Part shown: positions 1 to 14,100 of the stretch, piece by piece
Numbering within the stretch: position 1 is the first letter of the stretch
How the letters are laid out: every line of letters starts with the position of its first letter
Source: Lama guanicoe
Taxonomy: Eukaryota
Direction: 5' to 3'
Assembly: GCA_013239625.1 (NCBI GenBank)
Contig: MU054400.1
Coordinates: 2,205,345-2,269,344, forward strand
Length of the DNA: 64,000 nucleotides
The notes under the pieces: generated by a model
Seen by the model: only the letters and a program-made list of their open reading frames with translations
Databases searched by the model: none
Told to the model about the DNA's origin: nothing
Made by a program: the position numbers and the translations under genes

Positions 1-534
1 TAAGCCCTAGGCTTTATCGTCAGGAGCCAGCAGGGAAAGGAGGATGAGAGAGAGCAGATTCCAGCCAGTCATATCCAAGGACCAGCTTAACTCCATACGA
101 TGCAATGAAAACTACATGCCAGAACATCACACACACTGGACTCTTATATTAGAGAAGCACATGGAGGAAGAGGCCAAAAAACTGAGCAGTCGTATTCAAG
201 AGAACTGAGAATTGTTTAAGGAATTTGTTTAAACTATCAGAATAAGGCTTGAAAAGACTGGACATCTGGTTGGTTCCGACCACATTTCCAGCAATTACCC
301 TGACATGGATTGGGCCGGGTAGGGTGGGAGGGTATCATAAAGAACACAGTCTTAGTCCCTGTCATACACAGCAATTTCAGGATGTTGAAACAAAGGCATC
401 CTATACTTGGAGCTGATGCCCTACTATTCCTATTCTTCCACAAATGCTTTAAAAGTATACTACATTTGGTTTAATCCCCTCTTCTGCTTGTTGCTCTAGG
501 TATTACTGCCTTTATCTTAATATTAAAGTAACTG

Positions 535-712
535 TCTACCAGGCACTGTGCTAGCCTTTTTACATCTATTTAATTATCCCACTTAATCCTCACAGCAATC
601 CTATTGAGACAATACCATTATAAACCCCACTTTATAGATGAGTAAATTGGTGCTTAGAGAACTAGAAAATCCAAGATCATGCTATTACCCACAATTTCAT
701 GGATTCTCATAC
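535..712 (-). mobile_element. MIR SINE relic
   Basis: aatcctcacagcaatcctat...cccactttatagatgagtaaattg core. Confidence 0.75.
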
Positions 713-1234
713 TTTTTCTTTATAGCTCATCCGTGGACTTCAGTTTAGAACTGCTGCTCTAAGAAGAACCTATGCAGAAATCATAGAATTCTCTGGAAAT
801 GGTTTAGTCAAGGAGAAAATGGACTGTTAGAAAGGATAAGATGTCCTTTAGGATTCTGAGCAAGTTTTCTAGTTTTTGCATGAAGTAGTGGAAACTTCAG
901 TATATCTTTGGGGCAGACTGTTCCTTTTTCTGGAATACTCATTCTCTCCCTTGAATGGATACAATTCCCTAGAACGGGTACATTTTCCTAGAAGGAACAA
1001 AGCTGCCCAGATAAAGATGTAAAAAGTTAAAGTTACAGGCAGAGGTGCATTTCAGCAGACTATGCACTCTGATCAAAAGAGTTTTTTCTTTTCCCTAAAC
1101 GGATTTAGAGAGTGCTATCTATGTCTTGCTGGTTTAAGCCATGATTCATGAGAGATGAGGAGTTTAGACCCAAAGACCAAAAGACTGACAGGCAGCCTTG
1201 ATCCTCACACTGGAAGGACTATAACAAAGAGACA

Positions 1235-2000
1235 AGGTTGTGGGCAGTGAAACAAGAATTGAACAGATTCAAGATACTTAGAAGATACAATCTATAGGAC
1301 TTAGTAATTCATTGGATGTGGGTAATGAGGAAGAGGACAGAGTCAAGGATGACTGCTAAATCTCTAGCTTTCTGAACTGAATGGATTGAACTGTCATGTA
1401 AATGCATTGCTCCCATGAAGGGAGCAGAGAGGCGGAATAGTGGGGAGATAAGGAAGATCTTGAATTCATCTAGAAGACAACCTAATGAAGATGTCAGTGG
1501 TTGGGTACATGAATCCACAGGTCAAAGGGAAAATCTGGGATTAAATCTGGGAGCTGTCAGACTTTAACTGCAGTCATGGAAAAGATGAAGTCACCCAGGA
1601 CAGAGTATAGAAGGTAAGAGAGCATAGGTAAGAGCCTTGAGTAATTCCCGTAGGTAAAGGAATGACAGTGTAGGAGAAGCTAGCAAAGACAAAGAACAGG
1701 CAGTCAGTAGGAAAAAACAAGGCAAGTATAATTTCACAAAAGCAAAGGGGAAAATACTTCAAGATGGAGGGAGTGGAAACTATGCTGGATGCAGCTGAGG
1801 TGTTAAGGACTTTAGTGACAGAGAGAGCACTAGCGAACTTCTCAAGAGCTTTGAAGTGAATGGTACAGCCAGGACCCAGAAACCACACTGGAGAGGATAA
1901 GGGTATGAATGAAAGCAAAGGAAACAGAATCAAATGTAGTAAACTTTTCCAAGAAGTTTGGTTATAAAGGGGAGAAGAGAGAAGTGTAAGGCTGAAGGAG
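1235..2000 (-). mobile_element. L2 LINE relic
   Basis: ttggatgtgggtaatgagg...gagtcaaggatgac..., a typical purine-rich L2 antisense pattern. Confidence 0.7.
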
Positions 2001-2184
2001 AAAAGCGTTAGGAGGAGAAAAATCTAAGATGTTTAAAGAAAGAATCTAGGAAAAAAGGAAAAGTTAAAAATACAGGAGAAAAAAATAAATAAAGCATTAT
2101 AAGTGCTTAGCATGGTACTGACTAAAGATAAATAATGTTATTTACTTCCATAATGATTATTATTACTATTAAGAATGAGTAACT

Positions 2185-4088
2185 CAAGGAAATTAAGAAA
2201 GCAATTCCATTTACAACAACATCTAAAAGAATAAAATATCTGGGAATGAATTTGTCCAAGGAGATAAAAGACTAGTACACTAAAAATTGTAAAACAATGC
2301 TGAAAGAAATTAAAGAAGATTTAAATAAATGAAAAGATACCCCACGCTCATACATAGGAAAACTTAACATTCCCATGATGTCAGTAGTACCCTAAGAGAT
2401 CTACACGGTCAACGCAATCCATATCAAAATTCCAATGGCCTTTTTTGCAGAAATGGAAAAGCTGATCCTTAAATTCATATGGAATTGTAAGGGTCCTCAA
2501 ATGGTCAAAACAATCTTGAAAAAGAAGAACAAAACTGGAGGACTTACTTCCTAACTTCAAAACCTACTGCACAGCTACAGTAATTAAAAGTGTGCTACTG
2601 GCATAAGGACAGATATACAGACAAATGGAATAGAACTGAGAGTTTAGCAACAAATCCATGAATCTATAGCCAAATGACTTTGACATGGGTACCAAGTCCA
2701 TTTAATGGAGACAGAACAGTTTTTTTAACAGATAGTGCTGAAGCAACTGGATTTCTACAAAAGAATGAAGTTTGGCTCCTACCTCACACCATATACAAAA
2801 AAATAACTCAAAATGGACCAACAACTTAAATATAAGAGCTACAACCACAAAACTCCAGAAGAAAACCTAGGGGTATATCTTTGTGACCTTAGATTTGGAA
2901 ATGGATTCTTAGATATGACATTAAAAGCACAAGCAACAAAAGGAAAAATAGATAAATTACTTCATGAAAATTTAAGTCTTGGGTGCATAAATTAATAATA
3001 TTTAAGAAAATTTAAAGATAACCCACAGAATGGGAAAAAACTTTTTCTAAGTCATGTATCTGATAAAAGTTTAATGTCCAGAATATATGACAAACTCCTA
3101 CAACTCAACAGCAAAAAGACAATCCAATTAAAAAGTAAACAATGAATAGATATTTCGTCAAAGAAGATATACAAATGGCCAATGAGTACATGAAAAGATG
3201 CTCAACATCCTTAGTCTTTAGAAAAAAGCAAATTGAAACCAGAATGAGATTCCACTTCACACATACTTGGATGACTATAATAAAAAAAGAAAAAAAAAAC
3301 AAGTGTTGGTGAAGATGTGGAGAAATCAGAACCCTACTACATCACTGATAGGAATGTAAAATGGTGCTGCCACTATTGAAAACAGTTGGTGGTGTCTCAA
3401 AAAGCTAAATATAGAATTACCATAGGACCCAAGAATCCCACTCTTAGGTATTTCAATTCCTTTGGAATTGAAAGCAGGGACTTGATCAGTTACTCGTATG
3501 CCAATATTTGCCACAGTATTATTCACAATAGCCAAAAGGTGGAAACAATCCAAGGGTCTATCAACATATAAAATGGATAAACAAAATGTGGCATAAACAT
3601 GCAATGGAGTATTACTCAGCTATAAAAACAAATGAAGTTCTGATACACACTACAACACGGCTGAACCTTGAAAACATGCTAAATGAAATAACCCAGACAG
3701 GACAAATATTGCATGATTCCACTTTTATGAAATATCTAGAATATGCAAATTCATAAAGACAGAAGTAGATTAGAGGTTACCAGGGGCCGGGGTAGGCGGG
3801 GGAAGGGGAAAGGGAGTTATTGCTTAATGGTTATAGAGTGTCTGTGAAGAGTAACAAAAAAGTTTTCGAAATAGTGGTGATGGTTGCACAACATTGGGAA
3901 TGTAATGAATGACACTGAACCGTACACTTCAACATAGTTAAAATGGTAAATTTCATGTCATATATATATTACATAATTTACAAAAATTAATAATGTTATA
4001 AACCAAAACCCATTAAATTGTTCACTTTACATGGGTGAATTGCATGGTATGTGAAGTATATCTCAATAAAGCTATTTTAAAAAAAAAG
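2185..4088 (+). mobile_element. 5'-truncated L1 (L1MB-like): ORF2 end plus 3'UTR
   Basis: Degenerate ORF2 motifs (tactggcataaggacaga, aaaagatgctcaacatc), ends tatctcaataaagct-A-tail. Confidence 0.9.
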
Positions 4089-4968
4089 GAATCAGTAACT
4101 TGGCTTAATTTCTTTTTAAGCCTCCTTCCATCGCTAAATTCTGTCATTTTTTTAAGGTCTGAGAATATATTATATTCCAAAGTTAAAAATCTAGGAAATC
4201 TTCAGTTATGTTCCATGCCTTGGGTTGGGCTTAACATTTCAATAAAACAGAGTCTGGTCCACAGTGCTAGTTAAGTGTTTGTTATTGTTGTTATAATCAT
4301 GATGATCCTCTTCTTCAAAAGAGCCCTGGTGAGGCAAGTATGATTAAGACCATTTTAGATAAAAATAAACAGAAAGATGCAAAGAGGGTAAGTGATTTTC
4401 TCAATAAATGATCTAGCCAGGAACTGACAGAGCTGGGGTTTGAATACACGCTAGCTTGGCTCCAGAGCTCGGGCTGACACCACTAGTTCCTCCCCAGCCC
4501 AATTCATTCTACACAACTGCTGGGCGTGCTGGTCTGACCACTCTTGTGCTCACCACAGAAGAAATGGGTACCATTTTACCTTGTACTTTTTCCGATGCCG
4601 CCACAGGGACACTGCATGTCAAAGCACTTTGAAAATGGGAAATCCTATTCAAATGTTCATGACTTTTTAGAAAGCCAGCTTTATATATTTATGTTTTCGA
4701 TAGCCTCAACTAAAGTTAAGGTCCTCGTAAGAGAAATTATCACTGTACTTTCTTTTGTGTAGTCACAGCCTTCAAGACAGTACTCAGAATTCAATAAATA
4801 GCTTTTACTATGTAGATCAACAAAGCTTTACAGTGAATGAGGACAGCAGCCAAGGACAGGCCAAGGTAAGACACCTCGCAAGCCAACTGAATCAAGACCT
4901 TGGCTTCGTTACCTCTGAGCCGTTGAACATTTCATATTATGCTTAGCAGGAAAGTATGACAATATTAC

Positions 4969-5166
4969 TTTGATTTTTTGTTGATCCCGCTTAATTTCTG
5001 CATCCAGTTGTTTCCTTTTTTCGTTTTCTTCTCGAAGTCTTTTTTGCAGCTGTACCTTTTGATATTTCATGTGATCTACATTCTGCTCTAGTTCATTAGC
5101 ACGTTTCTCATTTTGGATCGAAAGCGATGCCAATTTCTTACTATTTTGTTGCTTCTTCTGTAGGAC
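4969..5166 (-). CDS. KIF27: KIF27 exon 11 (198 nt)
   Basis: gatcccag|GTCCTA...ATCAAA|GTAATA; VLQKKQQNSKKLASLSIQNEKRANELEQNVDHMK...DQQKIK. Confidence 0.9.
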
Positions 5167-8100
5167 CTGGGATCATACGGAATATTTCAAAATGAAAAAC
5201 TGCATCTCTCATATCCATCAAGTAAACAAACTTCTCATTCAATGGCACAGGGAGGCATTTTGCCTAGATTTTAATTTATTCTTGATAGAACTGAAGCTAG
5301 GATATAAACCCATGAAATTCTAAATAAAATTTCATAATAAACACAAAAGAAAAGTCTTAACTGTATTGTTTTACTAATGTTTTGTTAAAATGAGTATTTT
5401 GTTCGACATTCCAGCCTGAATTTAAAGGGTCAAGAAGTGAAAAAGAACTGATCCTAAGACCCTCTGAGGTGAATTGCTAAGTGAAAATACGTATCCTGAA
5501 GGAAAGTGGAAAGTGCTGTCACATTATTTTAACTTGGTGTTGACTTGAGAGGCTACTTAGGTAAAAAAAATTTAATAGAGATGTCCAGATGTTTGAGATG
5601 GCATTAAAAACCCCAGAAGGAGGAGCTCTTCGAATGTGTTCACTTCTGCATCTCCACCTAGTATTGGACCTGGCACACAGGAGGTGTGCAGCAAACACTT
5701 ATCTTGTTGAAAGAAAACAACTGTGGCACAGTTTCAAAAATACAATCAATGCTCTGAATGGGTTAACTACCATTCCTTCTACCTACAGTGAGAACATGAA
5801 AGGAAAAGATAACGAATCAAAAGAAATGGAAAAGGCCTTCTAGCAAATTCATTGTATTTCTGAGATTATAGCAAAGTCCAGCATTTAAGAATTAAGAATA
5901 AGCTGTAGTACTCAAAGTTATTGACTTTTCTTAAATTGAGCAGTTATGATTTCAGAAAACTGTCTGAAATAGTCATCATTTGCTGAATGTCAACCAAGTG
6001 CTATACACGTGCCAAGTGTTTTATCTGTATTATTTAATCATTCATCTTTTATCCTTCAGAAAAGGACACTATTTCTGTGGTTATCTTTATTTCTCACCAC
6101 GTAGTTTTTGATAAAAAGATTAGTATATTTCTTGGATGAAGAAATATACTGCCCAGACTGAAATTATATAAATCCAATTACATAAAAGCACACTGGAAAA
6201 GAAACCCTGCCATCCAGTTCCTCTTGCTAGTAAGAACTGAATCCTACTTCTTTCCTAATTAGGTACAAGAATCCTCAAAAGCAGGAAGCCTTAAATAAGT
6301 TTTCTCAACTACATTTTTTAAATTACCTGGACTTTCAGCTTTGCGGCATCCATCTTTTTACGAAACTCCTTCTGTAATTTTACCTTCAAAGCAATATCAG
6401 AAAGATCTCTGTTTTCCAGTTCCTGTAGCTGCTTTTCTGTTTCAGTTAATTCCACTTTTGCTTGTTCTGCTTCTTGCTCAAGTTTTGTTACTTTCAGAGA
6501 ATACTGTTTGCTTACAGACTTGGCATCATTACCTTCATAATAATTACAGTAACAATAATTATAAATTATGTTTAAAAAAACTAAGTAAAACATTGAAAAC
6601 GTAAAATTGCCCTACTCTTAAAGAGCTGGGAAGGGTAACTACATAAGGCATAGCATTAGAAACCCAGCTGTCCTCTCCCATCCCCATCAAACACAACTTG
6701 CCACCTGGCCTCTTAATAATTAATTCCTTAATGATTGTCCCCATTTGGAGCCATTCAGTCTTCTCCCTGGTTCATCTTTCATGTTTTGTGGCATTCTGAT
6801 CTTCTAGTTTGCAATTTAGCTTTGCTAGCATCAAATTCTAGTTAAAAAGAATATTCGGGGTTACTGGCCTCTGCTTACTACACTTTGGTGTCCTACCCAT
6901 AATCTGTCTCTGAATTCTTTTTTTTTAAACTGTTATCAAAAATTTTCAACATATCAAAAGTAAGAAAGAAACATAATGAACTGCCATCACTCAGATTCGA
7001 GAGTTATCAAGATTTTGCCACAGTTGCATTATCTATGCCTTTTTTCTTTTGTTTTAACTTGCTTAAAAACTGTAAAGCAATCCCAGATGTCATATCATCA
7101 CTTATATATACTTCAATAAGTATCTACAAAGAATATGGAAATAACCAAAAAGTCATCATCACACCTAGCAGTGTTAATACTCACCAGTCCCTATTCAGAC
7201 TTCCCCATTGTCTCAAAATGTCTTTTGCAACTAGTCTATTCTAATCATGATCCAAACAAGGTCCACATTACATCTGATTGTTGTGTGTCTCAAGAATCCT
7301 TTAATCAATACCCAGTCCCTCTCCTTTTTCATTTCATTTGAACTTGTTAAAGATGAATTCTTTTTAAATGCTTTTCTTATGAATATTTAGAACATAGAGA
7401 AAAATGGAATATAGATGTTTCTGTTTCTCTTCATTCTAAGCCCAGCTACTGACCTTAAAAACTTCGTTTTGATTTGTTCCGAATAGTCAACTAGACCAGC
7501 AAACTCACAGCAGTGGGAAGTAAGAGTTTAGAGCCCATGGGATGAATAACCACAGGGGCCGGTTGTTATGCTGCTGTACTGAAAATCTCTTAATTTTTTA
7601 ATAAAAGGAATTATTAAACTAAATGCATCATAAGTTGTCTTCTCACTCTACAATTCTATGACTAACTTTAAAATACGTATGACTACTGTATTTTAATGAA
7701 TCTAAGACCCCATAAATTGATCAACACATCAGTATTATATATTTTATGAGCCAGTAAGAAAAAAAAATACAGTGCCAATTACACTGTGATAAAATGCTAA
7801 AATGCCACTGACTGTAGTAAGATGCATCCTGATTTCAGATATTGAAGTGTGAAAAATACGTATTAAAACAGAGGAAACAGTACACTTGTCACTTTAACGC
7901 TGGCTGAAGTAGCTGCTGTTCGGGGAAGTCTTCACTGAGAAGGCATTGAAAAATAAGCATATATTGGCCCTTTAGCTAACCACCACCTCTAAGGGTCTTT
8001 AGGAAAGTTCCAAACTTCCCTTGGTTCTAATGAGCAAGAAAGACATTCTCTGTGGAAGTTCAGGTATCCTCTATTTTAAAGCAACCAGGATGGGTGGCTA

Positions 8101-11100
8101 CAAAAGTGTGCTTGTTTAGTGAGACAGCCCACGGTAGGATAATCTATCTGAAAGAAAATCATTTATTCTAGGGGGGTAAACATCCTCAACTTCCACGGGC
8201 AGTCCTCTGGAATCATGGGGATGGAGAGGCTATATAAACCCCTGAATACCCCTACAGAGGTTTACTGGCATGATCTTGCCTACGAGAAAGGAGAACGCTC
8301 AAAACCAAACAACTGGGATAACTGGAGCTGCGATGATGCACAGCGCATCCATCACCGGAACGAGGAGGGATGATGCTTTGGACAGCAGCTGGGCTGAGGA
8401 GACTGAGAAAGGAGGAGCCACGGCCAGAAAGCAAGCTTGCAGGAAAGGGGGTGGGGTGGGGAGGCAGGTTTCTCTTTGCTGGCAGAGGATTTGGGACCCA
8501 CAATTTGGGAGGTTTGAGTGTGATTATAGCTTTGGGCTTGAAGAAGAGGAAAACAGTATTGCCTTCAGTTCCCCCAGATGTGACCATGGAGTTGTTTTTC
8601 ATTGGAACTGGGGGAAAGAAATGCTAGTGTGTCTTATTCCTTCAATTTTTTAGTGAATTTCAAAGTAGTCAAGGCTCACACTTGAAGTATATTAGTGGAG
8701 AGAAAACCCAAAAGCTTGAGGTGTGCATTTTTAGGGCAAACCTAATGTAGTTGAGGATTGCGTACATATGCCCAGCCTGGCAGAATTTGAAACTAAGGGA
8801 ATGAACTGAAAGTTTGGCTCACTTAAGAGAATAGCTCTCAAGGATCAATCCTTAAAACATTAGAGAAATAAAAATTATTTTAAATGTATTATCCATTTAA
8901 AATTCCAAGTTTATCATTCATGTTAAAAATAAGCTATCCAAGAAAATAAAGACAAATAATTTAAAACAAGTATTTACTAAAATGAGTTAGAAAAACTCTC
9001 CAACTTATTCCCAGATGTCTAGTATAATGGTTCTTATAAAAGTGGCAAAAAACATTAAGTGCCATAGAGTTCCAGGGCAACACAGACTTCACACTGGTTA
9101 CAACAATTCACAGGCAAAATCAAATATAACAGAGTTATTTTGATGACTAACTTCCACACATTGGCTTTAGAGTATCCTTTGTTATACCAAATTCAAAGCT
9201 ACAGTGGATAGTACTGAGTGTGAAAAACTTGAGTAAATGTTACAACATCAGAAGCAAATTTAGAAGCTTTTCTTTCTCATATGAGCTGGTTCACAGGATA
9301 CTATTACCTGTTTTAATTAATTCTTTAATCAGATCTTCCTTCATCTTGATGTTAATTGTAAGCTCTCTCATTTTTTGTTTAGCTTCAGTAAGTATGAGTT
9401 CTGAATTCTTTAATTTTTGCAAATTCAACTCTTGACTCTCCTGGAGACATTCAATTTTTAAATCTTTAAAATAAAAAAAAATGAAGCTGAGCAATAAATA
9501 TTCAACAGATTTAGAGTTAAAAAAGAAAAGGAGACACAGAAGCATCCTAGTGGTAACAGAGGAAGGGACAAACAGAAAAAGAAAAGAAAAAATACATGGC
9601 ACTTGGGATTTTAGTTTTCCAGCTTACAGTGAGTTTTCCTTTCCTTAAAATATATGCATGCTCTACTCATAACCTCTAGATTCTGATACACAGTTTTTCA
9701 TGGCCCTTTGATATTCTGCAATTTGACATTTTCTTACCCTGAGTTATTTAAGAAAGGTGTAAGATTTTCAGATGGGTAGAATTTTGAATTCTTTTTCCTG
9801 TTAACTTGTGGTTTTACTGCAATCAGAGAAGGTAGTCTACGCCAGGCTACTCAGAGTGTGGTCTCACATTGTTACTGTCTTGCACCAGAACATAAATCAA
9901 CTATGTCACTGTTTTAGTTCAGCTGACGTTTTTTGTAGCAAGACTTCCTCAGTGAGGGGGCTGGTGCACTGATTTACATTCTGACATAAGTTTCTTACCT
10001 GGCTGTAGCCCAGTGACAAACAGTTGGAGGATGGCTATTTGGGTAGCATTTATCTACACTATTTATATATTTTTAAATTTTATTTCAGTTTCATTTGTGA
10101 CATAGAGTCAATTTTTTGTTAATAGTACACGCATAAGCTCTAGGAAAGATGCTATTTTTACAGTGTACGATTGATTTCTCATGTCCTCTATACTCTCTGT
10201 ACTCTTACTCTTTGTGTTTTGACCACTCATATCCAAGAGAATGAGCTAAAATGTCGTACTATAATTTCTGCAACAAATATTTTTAATGCTGTTTTTGATG
10301 CATAAAAATTCTCGTCTGTTGTGAACACTGTGAGCACTGAGTAGACTAAGTTGGCTCTAACGCCAGATACATCACTAACGGTAGGCACGTGTGCCAGTGA
10401 GGCAGTAACACATAGTAAATTACTGAACATGTATTTTAAAGTAGTCAAGAGTACAATGCATATCAACTGAGGTCTGAATATAAAATCCCCATGCTGAGAG
10501 ATTTAGCCTATATCTCTAGCCAGAACTGACTGGTGGAAAAACTTTATTAAGGAGTAAAAAAGGACAAAAAAATCAGAGGTAGAGCAGGGACTATAAAGGA
10601 AAAGGCAGGAAATACTCCTAAGTTCCCACCTTTGTGAGTTCCTGGATGCTTCTTCAATTATTGCCTGAAGGAAAAGAGAAGTGTCTTATAAACATTATAT
10701 CTAAATTACTTGAGAAAGTCTGTGTACCTTCATTCTCCAATCTTGACTTTTGTGTTTGATCCTGCATATCATTCAATTCAACAAGAGAACAAACAGAGCC
10801 TGGCTTTTGAATCCAATGGGAGTGACTTCCATGTCTTAAAAAAAAAAAAAAAGATCAGGATCAAAGGTAACTTGTATGTTAATGGTTTTTAACCTGCCCT
10901 CAAATTAGTTTCCTCCCAAATTATTTTTTAAATTATGAATTACATAAAATAAACAGAATTTACTAATATTCCACAAAATAAAAAGATGCCCCCCCACCAT
11001 GATGGGCCCAGTGGAAAATTCATCATGTTTCTTGCCACTGTGGCAGCAGAATGAGGAAATCTAAAAGCATTCCCTCTGAAAATTAAAATCCAACCACCAT

Positions 11101-14100
11101 AAAATTATCTTACAATCATTAGACTAGATGACTTGTATTCAAACACTGGTTTCATAACACATTAGTTCAAAGTTCATGTAGCAAAACAACCTACTCTTAC
11201 ATCAAACAGAAGAGATACACTTTAATAAAAAAAACCCACATCTGCATATATTTATTGTATCATGTAATTCTGTCTATTAAATCAGCCTATGTGAACATAC
11301 CTAATTTCAGATTTCTCTTGGCTTTTTGATTCTTCATCATCACTGTTATCAGAAAACTGGCAGTGGAGGACTTCATCTTGTTCTTCTATGTGACCCAGCA
11401 GCATCTGACTTCGTGTTCGAAATCCGGCAACTAGTCGATCCAGAGAGTATACAGAAGGACTTGTGTGGACCTTACAAGTGATGCCCCCACCCAACAACAG
11501 AGAAAGTGATTTTTAAGGTGTCTATTTTTATCTTATTGCCCAAAATATTTTTAAGAGGTTATTACATAGGTATTCTTCAAACAGCCAATCACTGAAAATA
11601 CCTCCCCCCACCAAAAAAATCAAAATTCATTTCACAGTACTATTGTATCTCATGGACACATACTTTTTTCAGAATCTACATAGCTCTTCCTCTCCTAGAA
11701 AGATCATCTAATTTCAATGATAGCTTCGTGGAAAATAGTATTCAAAAATGAAACCAGAAAGGGGCATGAGTGAAAGCATCACAGTTCTTAAACACAGCAC
11801 AGGTACTCCCCGACAAATGTGGAGTCTGTACATAGTGTAATAGGAGACAACTGTTCCTCACCCTATCCGCTAGTCTTCCCAGCTCAGAACACTGGGAGAA
11901 CTGCAAAGGGTCTGCAATTCCCCTCCAATCCAAATCCCACCACGTGAAGAAATCCAGAGCCACTGCCACTTCCTCTGCCAGGGTAAACTATTCCTGATCT
12001 GTAAGCCTGAATGTATTTACTCACACTTCCTATGTGGTAGTCAGGGGGAACTGAATAATGACCTAAGTGACATACTTAATATGTATCACAGGGTGAAGAG
12101 ATTTTCATGGACTAGCCGGGGAGCATTCTGTATTGTAACATGCTTCTATTGGCACTACACCGTAAGTTCTCAAAAACTGACCTTGGAAAACAACAATGAA
12201 TTAGAAATTGCCTTTATACCTTTATTCTAGTTTCTGTTACCAAATATTTCCTTTTTCACCACTTCTTTGTAACCAAACAGCGTAATTTCTCAAAAAAGGA
12301 TAATAAGATCTTAGGGGAGATACTCACTGTATTAGTTTAAATTATTATAAGCTATTCAAATTATAACATATAGCAGAATGTGTATATCACATGGTGCTCC
12401 AGATTCAACTGACACAGGTCCCTCACACAACCCCTCCCAGAAAAGCCGACCTGGTACTGAATATTCCTTGATACCTGATTTTTGTGCCTCCACTGTCAGT
12501 CACCTAATAAGACCAGTTGTCATATCAGGACCATGATGGGTAAAGGGTAAAGTTTTCTAGGTGGTCTCCCATCTCTCGGGTACAGGGGGAGGGTTTATTT
12601 ACAGAAGAACCAACTCAAGAACTATTTATCCAACAAGCCCAATGTACCTAGCGTGGCCATTCTGCATCATAACTGACAGGAATCAAGCTTTCTCTTTGTC
12701 ATGGGAGGGGGATTATTTTGGAAGCAAATAAAACTTACTGTTCAGAATAACTTTGTTCTCTGGGATTGTAATTTGCTTTAAAATTTTCTTTTTACAAAGA
12801 AAACCAAATGACCCAACTTAATAAGGAACACCAAATAAGTTCTGTCAAATGAGTAACATTCAGTAAACTAATTCATTAACAGTCTTTCCAACAGAACGGT
12901 GCTTTGCCCCTTCTAGGCTCACAAAGCCATCTATAATCTCCTTCCTAGCTAAGGGTTGGGTCCTGCTTCCTGTAGTTGCTTCTGCACTCCCTGCTCCCCA
13001 CAAATGATATTTCTGCATTTTTCAACCACATCCCAAACAGTACTGATCACAATGTAAGTACTAAATAAGCTGATTAATAATTCAGATAACTGAAGTGTAT
13101 CCAACTGGAAGCTAAGTTAAAAAAGTTTCTTTTGTATAGCACAGGAAACTACATTCAGTATCCTATAATAACCTTTAATGGAAAAAAATATGAAAATGAA
13201 TATAAGTATATATATGCAAGACTGGGACATTGTGCTGTACACCAGAGACTGACACATTGTAATTGACTGTACTTTAAAAAAAAAAAAAAGGTCAGTTTTT
13301 CTCTCTAAACTTCTAGAATTGCACAGCAACAGGACTGGACAGAACTTTAAAGCTTACTGAGTTCAACTCATCCCATGTTTGACTCTCCTTTCTAATACTG
13401 CAATTTACCATTTAACTTCTGCTTAAATAAACACACTGTGGGGGCCCTCACAAGCCCCGGGACCTTGGCCAGTTCTCACTAGCGAGTCCCTCTTTATATT
13501 CCCTTAGCACTTCTTCTCCTTGGTCCTACCTAGTCCTAGAGATAAAGCCTAACAATAATGATCCACCTTCAGATATCTGAAACCGGTTATCACGTCTCCT
13601 CTGAATCAGACTAAATCTTCAGATTTTCCCCAAGGTCCTTCAGGAGCTTGCTTGTTATCTGAAAATAATCTAATTTGACTTAAGGTGCTAGATCCAGACC
13701 TGAGTGTAATATTCTCAATCAGCATACAATAAGATAATTTCCTCTCACTAATGATGCATTTGACTTTGTTTCATCAGATGTGCTACAACTCATTTGCCAC
13801 AGTTTCTGGCTTTCACATATTTAGCTTTGTAGTTTAATCTGAGAGCATCACAAAGGTTCATGAGATGTAAGCTGCGGTTTTGCTACTGTGAAGTTGGTGT
13901 GTTTTGCTGGAATGAGGGCTTGGCTAGCAAGGGAACCTGGTCCAAGCTCAGCAGACACATCTCATACAGCTCTACTTCACCATGAGCAATCATGTATGCA
14001 AAGAAGCGGTTAAAAACCAAAACAAATTACTTATTTTGTGAGAAAAAAATGGCTTCTGTGTGAGAGAAAAAATTTTAGTGAAAACTGAAAAGGATGTTAA

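Noticed and set aside
8330..8400. Box C/D snoRNA (GATGATG...CTGA)
   Set aside because: The C box is mismatched, there is no terminal stem, and it is antisense to the host gene.
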